DNA of 64,000 nucleotides from Candidatus Latescibacterota bacterium (GTDB lineage Bacteria; Latescibacterota; UBA2968; UBA8231), in contig OZ244561.1 in assembly GCA_965217585.1 (NCBI GenBank), positions 6,400,001 through 6,464,000 on the forward strand, written 5' to 3'. Shown here one piece after another: positions 46,452 through 56,811 of the stretch. Both the position numbers and the translations under genes were made by a program. The notes under the pieces are model-generated. The model made no database searches. It was not told the origin of the DNA and worked only from the letters and a program-made list of their open reading frames with translations. The first letter of the stretch is position 1. The number at the start of each line of letters is the position of its first letter.

Positions 46452-47879
46452 ATGCCTACAGCCATTGCCAATGTCCTCGCCCAGCGCTACGCCAGCCAAG
46501 CAATCCAAGATCTGTGGTCTGAACGCGGTCGCATCGTCCTCGAGCGCGAACTGTGGATTGCCATCCTCAAAGCCCAGCGCGACCTAAAGCTCGATATGCC
46601 CGCCGCAGCCATAAGCGCCTACGAGCGCGTCAAGGATCAAGTTGACCTCGCATCCATCGCGCGCCGCGAAGCCGTTTTGCGGCACGATGTCAAGGCGCGC
46701 ATCGAAGAGTTTTGCAGCTTGGCCGGCTGCGAGCACATTCACAAGGGGATGACCAGCCGCGATCTGACCGACAATGTCGAGCAGTACCAGATTCTCCGCT
46801 CCTTGCAGCAAATGCAGATCAAGTACGTGGCCCTCCTCCTACGTCTAGGCCAGCGGGCGCTGCAATGGAAGGATCTCGCGGTCGCCGGCAGGACCCATTA
46901 CGCGGCCGCGCAACCCACGACGCTCGGCAAGCGCCTCGCCATGTTCGGCGAGGAAATGCTGGTCGCCTTTGACCGCCTCAACGAGCTAGTCCAACGCTAT
47001 CCCCTGCGGGGCCTAAAGGGCGCAGTCGGCACAGCCGTTGACCAACTGACTTTGCTCGCCGATGACGTCGACAAGCTCGGCCAACTCCAAAGCCGCGTGC
47101 GGCACCACCTCGGTTTCCAACGGGAACTGGGAGCCGTCGGCCAGATCTATCCCCGCAGCCTCGACTTTGAGGTGCTGAGCTGCCTCTACCAGCTGGGGGC
47201 TGGCATTGCCAATCTGGCCCGTGCGATCCGCCTGATGGCCGGCCACGATATGCTAACCGAGGGCTTTGCTGCTGGGCAGGTCGGCTCTTCGGCCATGCCG
47301 CACAAAATGAACAGCCGCAGCAGTGAGCGGGTCAATGGGTTGCAGGTCGTCCTCGGCGGCTATGTCCACATGCTGGGCGCGCTGGCTGGCGATCAGTGGT
47401 TTGAAGGGGACGTCTCCTGCTCGGTCGTGCGCCGCGTAGCCCTCCCCGATGGGTTCTTCGCCTTTGATGGCATGCTCGAAACCACGCTCCACATCCTCGA
47501 CGATATGGGGGTCTATGAAGCGGTAATTGCCCGCGATCTCGACCGCTATCTGCCCTTTCTCGCCACCACGACGCTGCTGATGGAAGCCATCCAACGCGGT
47601 GCTGGCCGCGAACAGGCCCACACCGCACTTAGAGAGCACGCCTTGGCCGCGGCTATCGATATGCGCGAACAAGGCCTAAGCACCAGCGAGTTGGCGCGTC
47701 GCTTGGGTGCAGATCCTCGATTTCCGCTCAGCGAAGAGGAAATCGCCGCCACGGTCTCCCACAGTCGTCGCCTCACGGGCGCGGCCACCCAGCAAGTCGA
47801 GCTTTTCGTAGGCCGGGTAGAGGAATTGGCCGCAGCCCACCCAGAAGCGCACGCAATCGAAAAGGGGCGACTGCTCTGA
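46452..47879 (+). CDS. purB: Adenylosuccinate lyase
   Basis: RHDVKA, HKGMTSRD, GSSAMPHKMN. Confidence 0.95.
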   Translation: MPTAIANVLAQRYASQAIQDLWSERGRIVLERELWIAILKAQRDLKLDMPAAAISAYERVKDQVDLASIARREAVLRHDVKARIEEFCSLAGCEHIHKGMTSRDLTDNVEQYQILRSLQQMQIKYVALLLRLGQRALQWKDLAVAGRTHYAAAQPTTLGKRLAMFGEEMLVAFDRLNELVQRYPLRGLKGAVGTAVDQLTLLADDVDKLGQLQSRVRHHLGFQRELGAVGQIYPRSLDFEVLSCLYQLGAGIANLARAIRLMAGHDMLTEGFAAGQVGSSAMPHKMNSRSSERVNGLQVVLGGYVHMLGALAGDQWFEGDVSCSVVRRVALPDGFFAFDGMLETTLHILDDMGVYEAVIARDLDRYLPFLATTTLLMEAIQRGAGREQAHTALREHALAAAIDMREQGLSTSELARRLGADPRFPLSEEEIAATVSHSRRLTGAATQQVELFVGRVEELAAAHPEAHAIEKGRLL

Positions 47880-47884
47880 CCTCC

Positions 47885-48619
47885 ATGCGATACCAGCGAG
47901 TCCTGCTCAAGCTGAGCGGGGAAGCCATCTCCGGCACGCACGACGTGGGCTTTGCTCCCGATTCCCTAGAGCACATTGCCGACGAAGTCCTCAACTTGCA
48001 CGCCTGTGGGGTCGAAATATCCATCGTCATTGGCGGCGGCAATATATTCCGTGGCACGCTCGCCAGTCAGTGGGGTATTGAACGGGCCGAAGCCGACAAC
48101 ATCGGCATGGTGGGGACGGTGATCAACAGCCTGATGCTGCGTGGGGTCCTCACCTCTAAATCCGATGTCGAAGTCCGGGTAATGAGCGCCATTCCCATCA
48201 ACACGGTAGCCGAGCCTTTTATTCGGCTGCGCGCGATTCACCACCTAGAGAAGCACTACATCGTCATCTTTGCCGCCGGCATTGGCAATCCGTACGTCAC
48301 TACGGACTACACGGCGGCTCAGCGCGCGATTGAGACGCGATCTCAAGCCCTGCTTTTTGCCAAGAATCAAGTCGGCGGCATCTTTACCTCCGACCCCCAC
48401 GCCGATCCCCAAGCGAGGTTGTACCGGCGGATGCACTACAACACGATCATCCAACAAAACCTCACCATCGCCGATCAATCCTCAGTCCTGTTGGCGCGTG
48501 ATCACAAGATGCCCATGCACTTTTTTGACTTCTCTGACAAGGGAACCATATTGCGTATCTGCCGCGGCCAAGACCCGGGTACCTTGGTGACGGATGTGGA
48601 TAAAAACATCGTAGAATAG
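47885..48619 (+). CDS. pyrH: UMP kinase (atypical paralogue type)
   Basis: LLKLSGE, GGGNIFRG, GNPYVTTD, SDP; not flanked by tsf/frr. Confidence 0.85.
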   Translation: MRYQRVLLKLSGEAISGTHDVGFAPDSLEHIADEVLNLHACGVEISIVIGGGNIFRGTLASQWGIERAEADNIGMVGTVINSLMLRGVLTSKSDVEVRVMSAIPINTVAEPFIRLRAIHHLEKHYIVIFAAGIGNPYVTTDYTAAQRAIETRSQALLFAKNQVGGIFTSDPHADPQARLYRRMHYNTIIQQNLTIADQSSVLLARDHKMPMHFFDFSDKGTILRICRGQDPGTLVTDVDKNIVE

Positions 48620-48621
48620 AC

Positions 48622-48655
48622 AAAAAGGCCGTCCCAAAGCAGGACGGCCTTTTTT
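48622..48655. terminator. Bidirectional intrinsic terminator
   Basis: AAAAAGGCCGTCC-caaagca-GGACGGCCTTTTT between convergent genes. Confidence 0.9.
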
Positions 48656-48678
48656 CTTATACGGGGCTTTCTTTGCTG

Positions 48679-49605
48679 TTAGAATTCATAGGCAAAGGAA
48701 AACCGGTGCGCGCCATTGGTCTCGGTCAGATCCAAGCCGATGTCATAGGCATAGTCGAACATCAACTGGTTCCACTGATAGCCCAACCCCGCATTCAACC
48801 CCCCACCGGCGTCCTCAGACAACAAACGACGACCCCCCGCCCGCAACAACAACCCCTCCACTAACTGCGTCTCCCCCCCAACAACCAACCCCTGATCCGA
48901 TCCCTCCCCCGTCAAATCCCGACGCACGTATTGCACCGACACCAACGACTGACTGCTCAGACGATACCCCACCCCCACATGCACATCCATGGGCAACATA
49001 CCCGCATCCGCGTCTCCTTCAACCTCACCATACGCCACATTCGGCTGATTGATATTCTTCAACAACACCCCCACCTGCGCCCCTTGCACCGGACTCTGCC
49101 ACAGCAAACCCAAATCCACGCCTACGTTGCCTGCACTCTGGTTTGACAGCGGGTCGGGACGCCCATCATCGTCGGGAATTGCCCCCACACTCCAAAACAA
49201 ATACTTGGCCGACACCCCCACCTGAAGCCGACGCTGCACCTGATACGACAGCGACACAAACGCCCCGTTCTCGCTCATCAGCGACGAGCCAATCCGCTCA
49301 TAGCCCAAGCCCAAGCCCATCTTGTCGCCCAAAGGCTGCGCATAGGAAACCACGTGCTGACCCAGATCGTCGCCTTCGATGCCCGCATACAGCAGCGACA
49401 CGTTGGTGTAGGCCACCTGACGCTGCGCCACCTGACCTAACCCCGCCGGATTGGCAAACACCGCATCCGCGTTGTCGGCCACCGCCACAAAGCTGTTGCC
49501 CAACCCCTGGGCCCGTGCCCCCGAGCCGACATTCTGAATGTTGACGACCCCCTCGCTTGCAGTTGCCAGCAGGGCCGCACAGATAATGCCAATCGCAATT
49601 TTCAT
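48679..49605 (-). CDS. PorV/PorQ-family outer-membrane beta-barrel
   Basis: Signal peptide; GARAQGLG...ADNADAVFANPAGL; LRAG; C-terminal HRFSFAYEF. Confidence 0.85.
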   Translation of the reverse strand: MKIAIGIICAALLATASEGVVNIQNVGSGARAQGLGNSFVAVADNADAVFANPAGLGQVAQRQVAYTNVSLLYAGIEGDDLGQHVVSYAQPLGDKMGLGLGYERIGSSLMSENGAFVSLSYQVQRRLQVGVSAKYLFWSVGAIPDDDGRPDPLSNQSAGNVGVDLGLLWQSPVQGAQVGVLLKNINQPNVAYGEVEGDADAGMLPMDVHVGVGYRLSSQSLVSVQYVRRDLTGEGSDQGLVVGGETQLVEGLLLRAGGRRLLSEDAGGGLNAGLGYQWNQLMFDYAYDIGLDLTETNGAHRFSFAYEF

Positions 49606-49786
49606 ACGCTTGCCTCCTCCACTTAGTGAGATGCGCTTGTATTGTATGTCATTTAGTATAAATATATAAACTATTAACCGTCAATCAAAAATAGCCCCGC
49701 TCGCGCGCTGCCACTTCCTTGACCAATCAAGGCCGTATGGTCGTTATTATTTTTTAAAATTTATCTCTAAACTCACGAGGTGAACT

Positions 49787-50407
49787 TTGACCGCTATCAA
49801 AGCGACCAATATCGTCCGACACGAGGGCCATGTCAGCCGCGAGAAACGCGAAAGCCTGTTGCACCAACAAGGGGTACTACTCTGGCTGACGGGCCTGCCG
49901 AGTTCGGGCAAAAGCACGATTGCTTATACTGTCGAACACGCCCTAGCCGCCCGCGGCCATTTGGCCTATGTGCTAGACGGCGACAACATCCGCTTCGGGC
50001 TCAATAAAAATTTAGGCTTTTCTGCTGACGATCGAGCGGAAAATATCCGTCGGATCGGCGAGGTAGGAAAGCTCTTTGTCGATGGGGGCTTCCTGACCCT
50101 CGCCAGCTTTGTCAGTCCCTATCGATCCGACCGCGATGGAGTGCGGGCTCTTATGGCTGAGGGCGATTTCGTCGAAATTTTCATCAGCACCCCGGTTGAA
50201 GTATGCGCCGAGCGCGATCCCAAGGGCCTCTACAAAAAAGCACTAGCCGGTGAAATACCTAATTTTACCGGTGTTTCAGACCCTTATGAGGATCCAGAAA
50301 ACCCCGAACTGGTCATCGAAACCGACACATCAACCCCCTCTGAGGCGGCCGCGCAGATCATCGGTCTACTAGAGCAGATGGGCAAAATTCGACCCACACA
50401 GGCTTGA
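49787..50407 (+). CDS. cysC: Adenylyl-sulfate kinase
   Basis: TGLPSSGKST, LDGDNIR, RDPKGLYKKA, FTGVSDPYE. Confidence 0.95.
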   Translation: MTAIKATNIVRHEGHVSREKRESLLHQQGVLLWLTGLPSSGKSTIAYTVEHALAARGHLAYVLDGDNIRFGLNKNLGFSADDRAENIRRIGEVGKLFVDGGFLTLASFVSPYRSDRDGVRALMAEGDFVEIFISTPVEVCAERDPKGLYKKALAGEIPNFTGVSDPYEDPENPELVIETDTSTPSEAAAQIIGLLEQMGKIRPTQA

Positions 50408-50483
50408 ACAAACCTACCCAGCCTCTTCCTTCCGTCATACACTAGGGGATCGCCAGATCCCCTGTTTTGCGTTTGCAAGCGCG

Positions 50484-51497
50484 ATGCACAAGATACTAAA
50501 ACAAGCCCTCCAGTATGGGCTAAGCCTAGGCTTGATGGGGCTTTTTATCTATTGGGCCTTTGAGGGAATAAACCGAGGGGAACTCTGGGCTGCCATGACT
50601 GGCATTTCGCCAGCTTGGGCCGCTATCATGTGCGTCGTAACGCTGGGGACCTTGGTATTGCGAGCTTGGCGCTGGCAAGTCCTCATGCGGCCCTTTGCGC
50701 CGCAAGTGAGCAACCTCAATGCGTCGCTCGCCTTGGCTATATGCTATGCGGCCAATGTGGTGGTGCCGCGTTCGGGCGAGGTTATGCGGTGCGTCAGCCT
50801 CAAGTGGACCGCTGGGGCGAGCATCAGCGCTTTGATGGCTACGATAGTGGTGGAGCGCATTCTCGATCTGTTCTGGCTCATCGTCTTGTTCTGGCTCATC
50901 GTCTATGTAGATATTGCCCTGCCCGTGCTTTGGATGCCGGTCGGTGCAGATCGAGACACCATCGGTCTGTTGGCCCTAGCCGGCTGCTTGGTCGCGCTGA
51001 GTGCCTTGGTCTTGGTATCGGTTTATCGAGAAAAAATTTTAGCTGGAATGCGCTCGCTGCTCGCGCGGCTCGGTTGGGGACGCGGCGAGCGAGCTCTCAA
51101 AATCCTCGAGACCTTCATCGGCGGGCTTTCCGCCCTGCGGCAACAGCCGACGGCGTACTTCGAAATCCTCGTCAGCTCGATCCTGCTCAACGCGGCCTAC
51201 GTGTTCATTATCTACGCGGCTTTTATCGGCATGGATTTAGACCAAACATACGACCTCGACGCAGCAGCGGCGCTGGTAATCATGGCCATATCGTCCATAG
51301 GAGTGATCATTCCGACGCCCGGGGCGATCGGCTCGTATCACCTCTTCTTCAGCGAGGCCCTGCACCGCCTCTACACCGTACCCCTCCCCACCGCTTTGGC
51401 CTGCGCCACCTTGACCCATGCTTTGGCGAACCTGACCTACGTCCTCCTCGGCGGCCCGACGCTGCTGTGGCAGTGGCATCGGAGCCGGCAGAGGTAG
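50484..51497 (+). CDS. Lysylphosphatidylglycerol synthase TM domain / flippase-like protein
   Basis: RAWRWQ, PRSGEVMR, ERILD, PTPGAIGSYH. Confidence 0.85.
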   Translation: MHKILKQALQYGLSLGLMGLFIYWAFEGINRGELWAAMTGISPAWAAIMCVVTLGTLVLRAWRWQVLMRPFAPQVSNLNASLALAICYAANVVVPRSGEVMRCVSLKWTAGASISALMATIVVERILDLFWLIVLFWLIVYVDIALPVLWMPVGADRDTIGLLALAGCLVALSALVLVSVYREKILAGMRSLLARLGWGRGERALKILETFIGGLSALRQQPTAYFEILVSSILLNAAYVFIIYAAFIGMDLDQTYDLDAAAALVIMAISSIGVIIPTPGAIGSYHLFFSEALHRLYTVPLPTALACATLTHALANLTYVLLGGPTLLWQWHRSRQR

Positions 51498-51498
51498 T

Positions 51499-52341
51499 TC
51501 AGAAGATCCAAACGATTAGGATCGATCCACCCACGTAGCCGAAGGCCTCTATCAGCCCGGCCCCCACATTCGGCTGCTCCTCGATCTGTTCGGCACCCAA
51601 GCGCACACCGGGCGCCAAGAGCACATCGGTCAACTTGTGGATGGCGTAGAGCGCGACAAAACCAAAGACCACGTCCATGCCAAAAATTTTGAGGCTTTCG
51701 ATCCACCCTGTGTAGTCGCCAGCCACGGCGATGCTGACGATATTGCCCATGCCCACCAGCACACCGCCGAACGCCAAGCCGACCGCGGCATTGTCGCGCT
51801 CTAGTTCGCGGTGCACCGAATGTGGGGTAATCCACTCGTAGAGCAGTCCGGCCACCACCAACACCACTTGCGCCAAGAGCCAGAAAGCCACGCCGCTCCA
51901 CAGCGGCCCCTCGCCCTGCACGATAGCCAGGACAATCAGGCCATTGGCAATGTGCATCCCCGCCTCGACAAAGGCCGTCCCCACATTCTGATCCTCGACG
52001 ACCTCCTTGCGGTTGTCAAAGTGGGGTAGGAGCACCCGTTCGCAGAGCACGCCGGCGACGAGCATCAAGACAATCGCCAAGAGGCCGTACTGGGCAATGC
52101 CAATTAGGTCGGCTTGCCAGCCGAGCGAAGGGCCACTCAATGCCCCCCCCAGCGCCAGACAAATCCCAAAGCAATAACCGCCCACCGCAACGGCCATCGC
52201 GTGGTTGTTGCGGCCGTAGAGTTCGTCCTTGAGATTGACCCGGCGAAAAACCCGGGCATAGACCTGCTTGGCGACAAAGAGCAGGACGAAAGCCTCTAAG
52301 AGATAGACTAAGGTCTGGGCCATCTGCACTATATTGTCCAC
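51499..52341 (-). CDS. DUF350 (tandem) membrane protein
   Basis: Repeated 'EL..NxAvA/G' units (NNHAMAV, QNVGTA, DNAAVGL, PNVGAG); AGGGGA RBS before GTG. Confidence 0.8.
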   Translation of the reverse strand: MDNIVQMAQTLVYLLEAFVLLFVAKQVYARVFRRVNLKDELYGRNNHAMAVAVGGYCFGICLALGGALSGPSLGWQADLIGIAQYGLLAIVLMLVAGVLCERVLLPHFDNRKEVVEDQNVGTAFVEAGMHIANGLIVLAIVQGEGPLWSGVAFWLLAQVVLVVAGLLYEWITPHSVHRELERDNAAVGLAFGGVLVGMGNIVSIAVAGDYTGWIESLKIFGMDVVFGFVALYAIHKLTDVLLAPGVRLGAEQIEEQPNVGAGLIEAFGYVGGSILIVWIF

Positions 52342-52351
52342 TGCGTTCCCC

Positions 52352-53062
52352 CTATTTTCCGAAGCGCGAGGCGCCGCGTCCCCACCCGGACGTGGTGCGC
52401 CCCATGCGGTTTTTGGCCTGATTACTAAAGGCCTGACGGCGGCTTTGCTGACGCTGGTAGAATTGCGGTCGCGTCTTTTGGGTTTGCGAGCCGCGCGACC
52501 CAAAAGTGGGACGCCCGCCTTGCACCGGCCCGTAGTGCGGGCGACCCCGTTCTCGATTGCGGCGGTAGTCCTCCCAATCGCCGCGCCCGACCCGCCAGCC
52601 CCCCCCCATTAAGTCGCGCATCAGCGCGTACTGGCCGTAGAATTGCCAGAAGCCACCGCCTCCCCAAAATCCGTACTGGGAATTGCCGACGTATTGGTAG
52701 CCGGGTGGGTGCGCTTGATTGGTGCCCGTGCGACGGCCGTCTAGCGACTTGGAGGCCACGACCATGCCGACGTAGTTCTCATAGCGGTAGAAGGTCTTTT
52801 CGCCGACTTCCATCCAATCGGTGCGGCGCTCCTGATAGACCATGGTATCGCGCCCGGCGACGCGCTGTCCCGCAGCGGTCAACACCTGAAAGCGGAGGGC
52901 GTAATCGGGGAAAAACGAGTGATCTTCGATGCGGGTATCATCGACGATCAGAGAGTATTCGGGATAGCGATCAAGGTCGCGCACCAGCTCCTTCACCGGG
53001 TCTTTGGAACCCCCACAGGCCGCGAGTGCGAATAGGGATAGTGAGGCCATAAGCCGAAACAT
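52352..53062 (-). CDS. Lipoprotein with Gly/Arg-rich low-complexity tail (YjfM/YgiB analogue)
   Basis: LAACG lipobox; PPGYQYVGNSQYG...FWQFYGQY; tail ends GRGASRFGK. Confidence 0.75.
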   Translation of the reverse strand: MFRLMASLSLFALAACGGSKDPVKELVRDLDRYPEYSLIVDDTRIEDHSFFPDYALRFQVLTAAGQRVAGRDTMVYQERRTDWMEVGEKTFYRYENYVGMVVASKSLDGRRTGTNQAHPPGYQYVGNSQYGFWGGGGFWQFYGQYALMRDLMGGGWRVGRGDWEDYRRNRERGRPHYGPVQGGRPTFGSRGSQTQKTRPQFYQRQQSRRQAFSNQAKNRMGRTTSGWGRGASRFGK

Positions 53063-53063
53063 T

Positions 53064-53612
53064 TTAGGCTCCCTCCTCCACCGGCAGGATGTCGGTGAAT
53101 TGGTATTCCTCTACCTCCAAGCCCGCGTACGCGGCAAATTCGCGCTCGCCCCATTGGCTGATGAAAAGCACCTTGCCTTCTGCTGCTTCGAACGACCAAT
53201 TGACAAATTCGCGCTCCGCATCGGTGCCGTCTTTGCGGTACAGGCCCGCTTCGCTCGTGCTCCCCGCGTATTCATCGCCCGCAAACTGCACGACTTCAGG
53301 CGGGTCGCCGTCGGCGATAATCGCCGCCGCAATATCACCGTCGATCTCGTCGATGCCAATAGCCCGCGTCAAGGTCCAATAGGCTTGGCCATCCTCGACC
53401 GCGCGCTCGAGAAAATTCACCTCTTCATCGGCTCGCAACTCCCACTCCTCGGTCGCATAGCCGTCGTAATCATGGGTCCCATAGCCCGTGACTTGCCAGG
53501 TTTTGAGGTCGTAATCGACCAGAAAGCCCACCTTCATGGTACTGAGCGAGTACTCTTGATAGGTCGGTTCTTCCTCGTCTCGGCGGCCACCGAACCACTT
53601 TTTAAACCCCAT
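53064..53612 (-). CDS. DUF4178-domain protein
   Basis: TWQVTG...EEWEL...FISQWGEREF...G pattern; Psp-locus context. Confidence 0.75.
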   Translation of the reverse strand: MGFKKWFGGRRDEEEPTYQEYSLSTMKVGFLVDYDLKTWQVTGYGTHDYDGYATEEWELRADEEVNFLERAVEDGQAYWTLTRAIGIDEIDGDIAAAIIADGDPPEVVQFAGDEYAGSTSEAGLYRKDGTDAEREFVNWSFEAAEGKVLFISQWGEREFAAYAGLEVEEYQFTDILPVEEGA

Positions 53613-53624
53613 TTCGTCTTCCTT

Positions 53625-55145
53625 TCAAAACTGAGTACCCCAACCCCGTCGATAATAACGCGCCAGCACCGGCCTATCAAGTCGGTTGGCCTGCACGGGC
53701 AAGCGGGCCATATCGCCGTCGAAGACCGCGAGGGCACCCCAGACTTGTTGGTCAATATAGCGCGTGGGGACCGCGAAGGCGACGGCCGTCGGATCCAGCC
53801 CAGCGGATCCAGCCAAGTGGAACCCCCACTCCCCAAACGAGGGCACGTGCAAGTGATAGGAGTGGACGGCAAAGCCCGCTTCCTCCAGGGCGGCGGCAAT
53901 GCTCCAGTACGCCTCGCGGACGTGGTACGGGCTGGAAGCCTGGGTCGCCAAGACGCCTTGTGGGCTGAGCAACTTGCGGCACAGCCGATAGGCTTCGACC
54001 GAATAGAGCTTGGCCAAGCTCTCCTCACGGGGGTCGGGTAGGTCGATTAGTATCGCGCCATACGGCACGTGCTCGCGCTGCAAAAAGACAAAGCCATCTT
54101 CGTTGACCACGCTCACTTGGCGACGGTTCAAGGCGTTGTCGTTGAGTCGGGTCAGGTAGATGTTGCGCTGGGCCAACTGGGTCACTGCTGGGTCAAGATC
54201 GACTAAATCGACGTGCTCGACCTCTGCGTATTTGAGCACTTCCCGCGCCGTCAGGCCGTCCCCTCCTCCGATGATGAGCACCCTTTCTCGGGAGGGAGCC
54301 AGCGCCATAGCTGGATGGACTAGCGCCTCGTGGTAACGGTGCTCGTCAATGGAGGCGAATTGCAAATGCCCGTTGAGATAGAGCCGCAGGTATTCGTCGC
54401 GCTGGGTCAGGACGATTTGCTGGTAGGCCGATTGTTCGCTGTGGACGATGCGGTCTTCGTAGAGATCGCTTTCCCACCGCGCCCGCAGTTCCTCCCCCTG
54501 CCAAGCCAACGCCCCTAGCGCCGCAATAACCGCAAGCGCTTGCGCCCCTAGCGAGCGGAAAGCACGCTGCTCTAACAACGTCCCCTTAAACGCAAGCACC
54601 ACGCCGAGACCAAGAACCGCGTTGACCAAGCCGGCGACCAACGCCGTATGCAGGCTGCCGAGGAAGGGCAACAGGATGTACGGGAAGAGCAACGAGGCCA
54701 GTAAGGCCCCCAGATAATCGAGGGACAAAACATTAGATAACGCCGCGCGTAGCGTACCGTGACCGCGCAAAAGCCGAGTGATCAGCGGCACTTCCAAGCC
54801 GATCAACACGCCAATCGCCATGCTCAAAGCCAACATGCCGACCCTAAAGTGGTCGGTGTATCCGTAGAGCACGTAGAGCAGGCCCACCGAAATCCCACCC
54901 AAAAGCCCCAGCCAAATCTCTAGCTGGGCCAGCCGCGTCAACAGCAAGTGGTCGGCGACAAAGCGCGAAAGCCAAGAGCCAAGCCCCATCGCGGCGAGGA
55001 AAAAGCCGATCGTCAGGGAAAACTGCTCGACGCTATTGCCGAGGAAGTAGGACGACACGCTGCCGATGAGTAGCTGATAGACGATGGCACAGACTGCGGC
55101 CGAGAAAATGGCCACCAGCAACAGCAGCGGACCCAGCCTAGGCAT
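53625..55145 (-). CDS. speE: Membrane-bound polyamine aminopropyltransferase (spermidine synthase-like)
   Basis: N-terminal TM domain, then LNGHLQF, DEHRYHEALVHP, IGGGDG, VDLDP, IDLPDP. Confidence 0.9.
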   Translation of the reverse strand: MPRLGPLLLLVAIFSAAVCAIVYQLLIGSVSSYFLGNSVEQFSLTIGFFLAAMGLGSWLSRFVADHLLLTRLAQLEIWLGLLGGISVGLLYVLYGYTDHFRVGMLALSMAIGVLIGLEVPLITRLLRGHGTLRAALSNVLSLDYLGALLASLLFPYILLPFLGSLHTALVAGLVNAVLGLGVVLAFKGTLLEQRAFRSLGAQALAVIAALGALAWQGEELRARWESDLYEDRIVHSEQSAYQQIVLTQRDEYLRLYLNGHLQFASIDEHRYHEALVHPAMALAPSRERVLIIGGGDGLTAREVLKYAEVEHVDLVDLDPAVTQLAQRNIYLTRLNDNALNRRQVSVVNEDGFVFLQREHVPYGAILIDLPDPREESLAKLYSVEAYRLCRKLLSPQGVLATQASSPYHVREAYWSIAAALEEAGFAVHSYHLHVPSFGEWGFHLAGSAGLDPTAVAFAVPTRYIDQQVWGALAVFDGDMARLPVQANRLDRPVLARYYRRGWGTQF

Positions 55146-56787
55146 CCTCAAGCCCTCCCAGTGAGGAGGAATACGCCACGCCGAGGCAGTCCATGGCCTG
55201 CTCCGCCGCCAGAATGCCGGAAAATATAGCTTCTCCGCACAGGGGCAGCCCAGTCGCATCGCACGAAGCAAAAAATATCCGCTCCATTGGCTGCTGCCGA
55301 CAATCGGCCGTCGGCCCCCACAGCGACCCAGGACTGGGCCGCATCATCCCGTGCCCCCAGCGATACAGATCGATGCGCTCTACGAGATCGTCTAGCTCTG
55401 GGTGGACGCGGCGCAGATCGGCCATGATCTGTGCGGTCCAGAATGAATGATCCTGCGCGAGCAAGGAGCGTCGGGCGTGCTCAAGTTCGTTGACAAAAGG
55501 CCAATAGTACAGCAACACGCGGCCTCCCTCTCCCTGCTGGTGGTCGGCGACCACGTAGCCCAACGACGGACTGTCGTACAAGACATTGTCCCAAGTCGTC
55601 TGCTGGGCAGCGAGCGGCTCTTTGAGAAAAATCGCCGCCACCAACCAAGGGCTATACTCTATGGCCGCCATAGCCTTAGCTTGTGCATCCGGCAGGCCCG
55701 CGATCGCGTAGGGAGCCGTGTGGAGCTTGCCGGCGTACACCACCGCCCGGGCGGTCAGTTGCCGTTTCTCCCCGGTGGCCAAATCGATGTATCCCAACCG
55801 CACCTGCGACCGCTCTTCGGCTAGACGAGCCACTAGAGCTTGTCGCTTTATCTCGTTCTTCCCCAACCTATTAGCGAGTTCCGCAACTAGGTGCCCATTG
55901 CCCTCGGGCCACGTCAGCGTGTGGGCTGGATACGCCTCCTCGATCCGGTAGTCGTAGAACCTACAGGCATAGTAGTGAATCCCGGCCCAAGCCGAGACTT
56001 GGGCTGCCGTGCTGCCGTAGTCGTCGCGGCAGGCGTAATCGACCAGCCAGCGGAGCCGCTCGTCGTGCCATCCCTCTTCGCGGAGGTACTGGGCCATACT
56101 GATCTGGTCCAAACGCCGCACCCGGACATCGGCCGTGCTGTAGCGCAAAGGCATGGCAAAGGCCCGGCGACCATCCCGGCCGCGATGCAAGGCCCAGCCG
56201 AGCATCGCGTCTTCAAAGCGCAATAACGCTTCGCGCTCCCGGCCCGATGCGTCGGCAAACGGGTCCAGCCCGGCGACCCAGCGACCCCGGTAGAAGAGCC
56301 GCTCGTGTGGCCAGCGCAGCATGGCCCCAGCGGCGACCATCGGCTTATTCGCTGCGTCGTAGCCGTCAATGACGCCGATATCTTGCAGTATTTCGTGGAT
56401 GCAGTCGGCTTCGGCAGGAGGGATGTTGATGTAGTGAGCACCCCAGGGAAATACCTGGTCGCCCCATTGGCCACTGCGACTGGTGCCCCCTAGCTGGTCT
56501 TCGAGGTCGAGGAGGACGATTCGCTCCACCCCCGACCGACGCAACTTCCACGCCGCAGCCAAGCCGGATATCCCACCGCCGACAATGGCGATATCACATG
56601 CGTGCTCAGCCGCGGCAAAGTCTGCCCAAGAATGCACATCGCGCAGCAGGTGCCCACGCGGCGGTCCCTCGTTGACGATCCGCCCGGGGATCGACCGCGG
56701 CGGGGCGGATGAGCAACCGCTCCAGGCGGCCCAGCCACCAGCGGCGGCGAGCGCGCCGAAAAATTGCCTGCGGCTAAGGGCCTTCAT
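55138..56787 (-). CDS. Tat-exported FAD-dependent amine-oxidase-like protein
   Basis: SRRQFF Tat motif; IVGGGISGL, GGTSRS, WGAHY, RWGHGM. Confidence 0.85.
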   Translation of the reverse strand: MKALSRRQFFGALAAAGGWAAWSGCSSAPPRSIPGRIVNEGPPRGHLLRDVHSWADFAAAEHACDIAIVGGGISGLAAAWKLRRSGVERIVLLDLEDQLGGTSRSGQWGDQVFPWGAHYINIPPAEADCIHEILQDIGVIDGYDAANKPMVAAGAMLRWPHERLFYRGRWVAGLDPFADASGREREALLRFEDAMLGWALHRGRDGRRAFAMPLRYSTADVRVRRLDQISMAQYLREEGWHDERLRWLVDYACRDDYGSTAAQVSAWAGIHYYACRFYDYRIEEAYPAHTLTWPEGNGHLVAELANRLGKNEIKRQALVARLAEERSQVRLGYIDLATGEKRQLTARAVVYAGKLHTAPYAIAGLPDAQAKAMAAIEYSPWLVAAIFLKEPLAAQQTTWDNVLYDSPSLGYVVADHQQGEGGRVLLYYWPFVNELEHARRSLLAQDHSFWTAQIMADLRRVHPELDDLVERIDLYRWGHGMMRPSPGSLWGPTADCRQQPMERIFFASCDATGLPLCGEAIFSGILAAEQAMDCLGVAYSSSLGGLEDA

Positions 56788-56811
56788 CCCATCAGCCACG
56801 GGCGGCAGCCC

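Noticed and set aside
49646-49673. AT-rich dif-like look-alike between porV and cysC
   Set aside because: Aligns only with a 5-bp spacer or with one arm; better explained as divergent promoter DNA.
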